A stretch of DNA of 64,000 nucleotides, taken from positions 248,001 to 312,000 of the forward strand of contig NC_019977.1 in assembly GCF_000328665.1 (NCBI RefSeq). Direction: 5' to 3'. Below, one piece after another: positions 60,125 to 64,000 of the stretch. The translations under genes and the position numbers were made by a program. The notes under the pieces are model-generated. The model did not search any database, had not been told where the DNA came from, and saw only the letters and a list, made by a program, of their open reading frames with translations. This stretch comes from Methanomethylovorans hollandica DSM 15978 (lineage in GTDB: Archaea; Halobacteriota; Methanosarcinia; Methanosarcinales; Methanosarcinaceae). The stretch's first letter is position 1. Every line of letters starts with the position of its first letter.

Positions 60125-61645
60125 TTACGATTTCTGCTCCATTTTTTGTTTCATTTCCTGTCTCAGGAAATAACCACCCGTTTTTGGCGGACCTTCAAAT
60201 GTGACCAATTTAGCTATTTTTTGTAAATCTCTGCGTATGGTAGCTATTGATACATTCAACTCATTTGATAATTCATTTGAATTTCTGCCTGGATTTTGAT
60301 AAAGTAACAATATGATTTTTGAGAGTCTCAGTTTTACTGTATCACTTACTGTATCACTTACTGTATCACTTACTGTATCACTTACTGTATCACTTACTGT
60401 ATCACTTAAAGAACCACCAATTCTTTTTAGTTTTGTATTTTGTGTCATTCCTTCTTTAATAAGTCCTTCAGGTATCGGAATAATTGTCTTAAATGTACTA
60501 CCTTCAATAAACTGAGGAGTGCCACTACCTGCGTATTCCTTAATAAAGCGATTTACGTTTAAAACACCAGAACCCAGTTCATCTACTCTTCCAAGTTGCA
60601 TGAAGAATTTTACTATCGCGGGGTTTTTTGGGAACGGAGCAAACCTTTCCGGATCGATCTGTCCTTCTCCATGTGGATTGTTGGCGTTTTCAGCTTCGAT
60701 CCGGTCTGCATAGATTATAAATGTGCAGGGGTAGGCGTTCATGTATTCCCTGTGGACTATCAAATTTGCAACTACTTCTCTGAATATTTTATTTCTAAGA
60801 CTTACCCGCTGATCGCCTTCTATATAAAATTTGTCAGGCAAATGCTTGCCTACAAATGTCATTAGCTGTTCGTAGGCTTCTATCAGGTTCGTCTGGATGT
60901 ATTCGCGGTCATCGTAGCGGTAAATGTCTTCAATACGGACAAGAGCATCGATTTTAAAGTAAGGAAGAATTTGCTGGATTACTTCGTCTTTTCCAAGCAG
61001 CAAAGCTGCTGCAAGTGTATAGCCTTCTTGTGCACTTTTGAGGTCTCGCTTCCACAGACCTGCTTTTTCCAGCATCTGCTGGTCGTTCAGTGCCAGCCAG
61101 GGATGGTTGTAATTGTAGCTTCTGATAAGATTCTTTATTTTTGGGAACAGGTCGGCTTTGAAGTCTTCAAAGCGCAGTGCGGGATAAATTATGCCTTCTG
61201 TATAATGCGCTGTTTTGTGATTATAAATTTCCGCTATCTGCTGTGGCTGTATGACTTTGAAATCCCCGTCATTACTGCGGTTGAACACTGTATTGGCGGT
61301 CTTATGTATCTGTGAGCTGGCAGGAACCTGGATGTGGATCACCTATTTTCCTTTGATTTCATAGGTTTGCGGAAACAGTATGAACGGTGGGTCAAGCTTT
61401 TGCGGGTTGTTTGAAAGATTGACCAGATTGGCAACCATGTTTTCGATCTCTGACTGCTCAACTCCTATTATATTGCCATTATCATCGGCTCCGAGAATGA
61501 TGTCCCCTCCATCCCGGTTGAGCATGGCGCAGATGGTTTCAAACAAGTTCCTTGGCAAAGCTGTACGCGCTTCCTTAAACTCCAGACGTATGCCTTCCTG
61601 TTCTTTGAGTAATCTCTTAAGCCGTTCCAGTCCCAATCTGCTCAC
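60125..61645 (-). CDS. Schlafen/AlbA_2 - HATPase_c_4 (RecG-C-like) - HTH protein with in-frame amber codon at 61343-61345 (pyrrolysine readthrough or pseudogene)
   Basis: EGIRLEFKE..ICAMLNRDGGDILLG (AlbA_2) ..EIKGK-TAG-VIHIQVP..REVVANLIVHREY..PKNPAI..ELGSGV..HTH VSIATIRRDL; both tracked ORFs are in one frame. Confidence 0.8.
60334..60408. repeat. 6 x 12-bp perfect coding tandem repeat (SDTV)6
   Basis: TTACTGTATCAC x6 plus TTA. Confidence 0.95.
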
Positions 61646-63147
61646 CTCTTTTCCTTTCCTTCTTTTTTCACTTTAATTCTTTCCAGCAACACATCCGCAG
61701 GCTCCCAGTCCTCCGCCATCCGCACCTCAGCAAGCTCCCTTTCGCTCAGCAGCTTCCCCTCAAACGCCTTTTTCAAAATACTCTGCCGAAGCGCCTCTGC
61801 CTTCTCCAGAGCCTCATCAATATCCTGCGCAATCTTATCACACACCGAAAGCCGCGTTTCAATTTCCTGAACGATGGCTTGTTGTTCGGGGAGAGGTGCA
61901 ACTGGGATGCATAAAGATGCTATTTTTGAAAGGTTCAATGTGTATAGACCTGATGTAGAACTAGCAACTTTAGTAATCTGATTTCTGCCGTCAAATGAAA
62001 GCAACCAATAAAGTATAAACTTCCTAATTTTTACAATTTCAAATCTTACCTTAATTATATGATTTTGATGTATGCATGGAGATATTTTTCCATTCCATAT
62101 GGCAACTCTACCAATTTGATTAACGCTTCCGTTGCCTTCTACAATTAAAAGGTCTCCTTCTTTCAGTAAAACTCGTGAAACCTCCTGTTCTTCAATGCCT
62201 ATATATTTTAAATCATCTAATCTAAGTTCATTAGAATAAACATTAGCAACTCTGAGGTAAGGCAAAGTTGTAGATATTGCATTTCTTTTGGAGTTCTTTG
62301 TAAGGCCGCCTGTTACTTCCCCGAGTTCCTCTATCTTCACCCATCCCCACCCCTCTGGCAGCCCTGGAAATTCCACAATTTCATCTTCTGTGAGGGGTTT
62401 TACAGGCTTCATTTTCTTGCCGGAATATTTTGCAGCTTCTTCTCTTTCCTTTCGGATATGTTCCAGCAAATCCCGCGCATCCGGCAGATCGGTCTGCTGC
62501 TCCCGCCATTTTCTGGTAAGTTCACCCTCAAACGCTTTCTTCAGCACCGCCTGCCTGTAAACTTTAAGTTGTTCCTGTGCCAGCCTTAGGTTGGCGATAC
62601 CGTTGTCAAGCTCGCTGAAAAGCTGCTCGATCTTGGAGACAATGGCGCGCTGTTCGGGGAGGGGTGGGAGAGGGAATGGATATTCTTGCAGATATTTTGT
62701 TGAAACTCTTGGCAAATTTACGCCACTTGAGTTATGTGTCATATCACTTACAAACTTACGTGACAAAAAGAAATATTTAGAATAGTTAAGATTGGAAATA
62801 CTAGCAGATTTAAAAACAAGAATGTCTGTAGAACAAACTCCATCTTCATTAGCTAAATACACTTTATTCAAATAAGGTCTAAGTTTTCCGTAGAGCAGAT
62901 CACCTTTTTTAAAACTATTTTTTATAGTAGTGATTGTATCGATTTTAACATCTTGTGTTAATGTTCCTCTATCTTTCTCAATATGTTCTAAACCAATGTA
63001 AAATAAGGATTCTCCTGAGCCATTGTGTTTATCGGACTTTAAAATGTGAGCTTCCCCAAGCCGCACCCATTGCCATCCTTCTGATAATCTTGGTAAATTC
63101 TCTATTCCAGCATTATTGAAAGATATCGAGTTATTCATTTTAAGCAT
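61642..63147 (-). CDS. hsdS: Type I restriction-modification specificity subunit
   Basis: Two TRDs starting GWQWVRLGE / LPEGWGWVKIEE; conserved PLPPLPEQRAIV, APLPEQQAIV, LKKAFEG. Confidence 0.94.
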   Translation of the reverse strand: MLKMNNSISFNNAGIENLPRLSEGWQWVRLGEAHILKSDKHNGSGESLFYIGLEHIEKDRGTLTQDVKIDTITTIKNSFKKGDLLYGKLRPYLNKVYLANEDGVCSTDILVFKSASISNLNYSKYFFLSRKFVSDMTHNSSGVNLPRVSTKYLQEYPFPLPPLPEQRAIVSKIEQLFSELDNGIANLRLAQEQLKVYRQAVLKKAFEGELTRKWREQQTDLPDARDLLEHIRKEREEAAKYSGKKMKPVKPLTEDEIVEFPGLPEGWGWVKIEELGEVTGGLTKNSKRNAISTTLPYLRVANVYSNELRLDDLKYIGIEEQEVSRVLLKEGDLLIVEGNGSVNQIGRVAIWNGKISPCIHQNHIIKVRFEIVKIRKFILYWLLSFDGRNQITKVASSTSGLYTLNLSKIASLCIPVAPLPEQQAIVQEIETRLSVCDKIAQDIDEALEKAEALRQSILKKAFEGKLLSERELAEVRMAEDWEPADVLLERIKVKKEGKEKR

Positions 63148-63265
63148 CTAATGCCTCAATATTTACTGTCAGATTATAGTTAAACACTCATGGTTTGTAA
63201 CTTATGAACGGTAAAATCAAATTCAATAGGTAGTTATGTCAATACTATAAGTTTCAAACAAAAGG

Positions 63266-64000
63266 TTAACAACTATAATCTATTACTTCCCAATGTCCAC
63301 CTTTTGCAGGACCGATGCGTTTTATCTTTCCTTCAGCTTTCAATTTCCGAAGATTCCATTCAACACCTTGTATGGACAAGCCTGTGATCTGACACAGTTC
63401 TTCACGGGTAACAGTGGGATTATCCCTGATTGCCTCAAGTATTATTTCTGCATTTTTCCCCTTAGTTTTCTCCGAACTTTCACCCAAATCTGCCTCAGAA
63501 GTTCTGTCAAGTTTTCGGAAAATAACAGAAAAACCGCTATTGTATTCAAATTCCACAGACGATTTTTTGTTCTCGTCCACTGCCTGTATAATTCGGCTTA
63601 TGCCCGTACCCACTTTTTCAATGTAGTTTATACGATGCAGCAAAGAAGCGATCAGAGGGTTACGTGTGACACTCTTACGTCCGAACTCGGAAGGTCTAAG
63701 ACCGCTTGGCAGCCCTCCGGGATTGGATATCTGCACCCTGTCATCAAAGACCTCGATAAGCACATTGGAGCTTCTGTCAAAATAATCACGGTGGCAGACA
63801 GCGTTTATTATGGCTTCTCTCAGTGCCACATCAGGAATATCCGGAATCTCTTCCCGCTGCACACCCTCGATCTTATACTGCACGTTGGTGTGCCTTTTCA
63901 CGAAAAGGATGGCATTATCGATGTTTTCGACAATGTTCTCCTTGAAATCCTTCTTGTCAAGGATATGCACCTTCTCCGTACCCTTGTATAGCACGCATAC
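63266..64000 (-). CDS. HATPase_c_4/RecG-C-like plus HTH protein, probably AlbA_2 family (5' end outside window)
   Basis: ALREAIINAVCHRDY, VFDDRVQISNPGGL, RNPLIA, IEKVGTGI, C-terminal HTH and RIGPAKGGHW. Confidence 0.88.
   Translation of the reverse strand, partial: VCVLYKGTEKVHILDKKDFKENIVENIDNAILFVKRHTNVQYKIEGVQREEIPDIPDVALREAIINAVCHRDYFDRSSNVLIEVFDDRVQISNPGGLPSGLRPSEFGRKSVTRNPLIASLLHRINYIEKVGTGISRIIQAVDENKKSSVEFEYNSGFSVIFRKLDRTSEADLGESSEKTKGKNAEIILEAIRDNPTVTREELCQITGLSIQGVEWNLRKLKAEGKIKRIGPAKGGHWEVIDYSC

Noticed and set aside
60334..60408. Repeat array as possible CRISPR
   Set aside because: 12-bp head-to-tail units without spacers, inside a CDS; no CRISPR array or cas gene seen in the window
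57572..63147. Absence of hsdR as evidence of an orphan methyltransferase
   Set aside because: The locus runs off the window edge; hsdR may lie beyond 64000

Overview
Archaeal chromosomal segment of a Methanosarcinaceae-type methanogen, inferred from MC1 chromatin protein, Fae-Hps, HdrBC, MptA, RaSEA, split GMP synthase and the archaeal aroA'/aroB' pathway. Bases 1-48,000 are mostly core genes: glyS, dut, nth, fae-hps/tpiA, an aroA'-aroB'-aroD-aroE-tyrA operon, a KaiC-like ATPase, guaAA/guaAB, srp54, dinB, rps17e-dapA-dapB, pyrBI, an hps-RraA fusion, a prepilin peptidase, recQ, argB, hdrCB, and a glnA-split GOGAT-FrhB-glnA nitrogen cluster, plus tRNA-Val(CAC), initiator tRNA-Met and tRNA-Arg(CCT). 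Bases 48,000-64,000 are accessory and partly decaying: a lipoprotein/membrane-anchored wHTH/COG1361 block, a Rieske-Rieske-glutaredoxin-FTR redox module, a multi-PAS histidine kinase, and part of a type I R-M locus (hsdM, hsdS) interleaved with Schlafen/AlbA_2-HATPase-HTH genes. Main observations: (i) the Schlafen/AlbA gene coupled to hsdS is split only by one in-frame amber codon, in a lineage known to encode pyrrolysine; (ii) tpiA and hps appear to start at ATC and ATA codons; (iii) a candidate hairpin sRNA with anti-Shine-Dalgarno motifs; (iv) several small ORFs, gene remnants and deletion scars missing from the ORF track; (v) candidate NrpR-type and aro-operon operators. All calls are by motif recognition; no database search was run.
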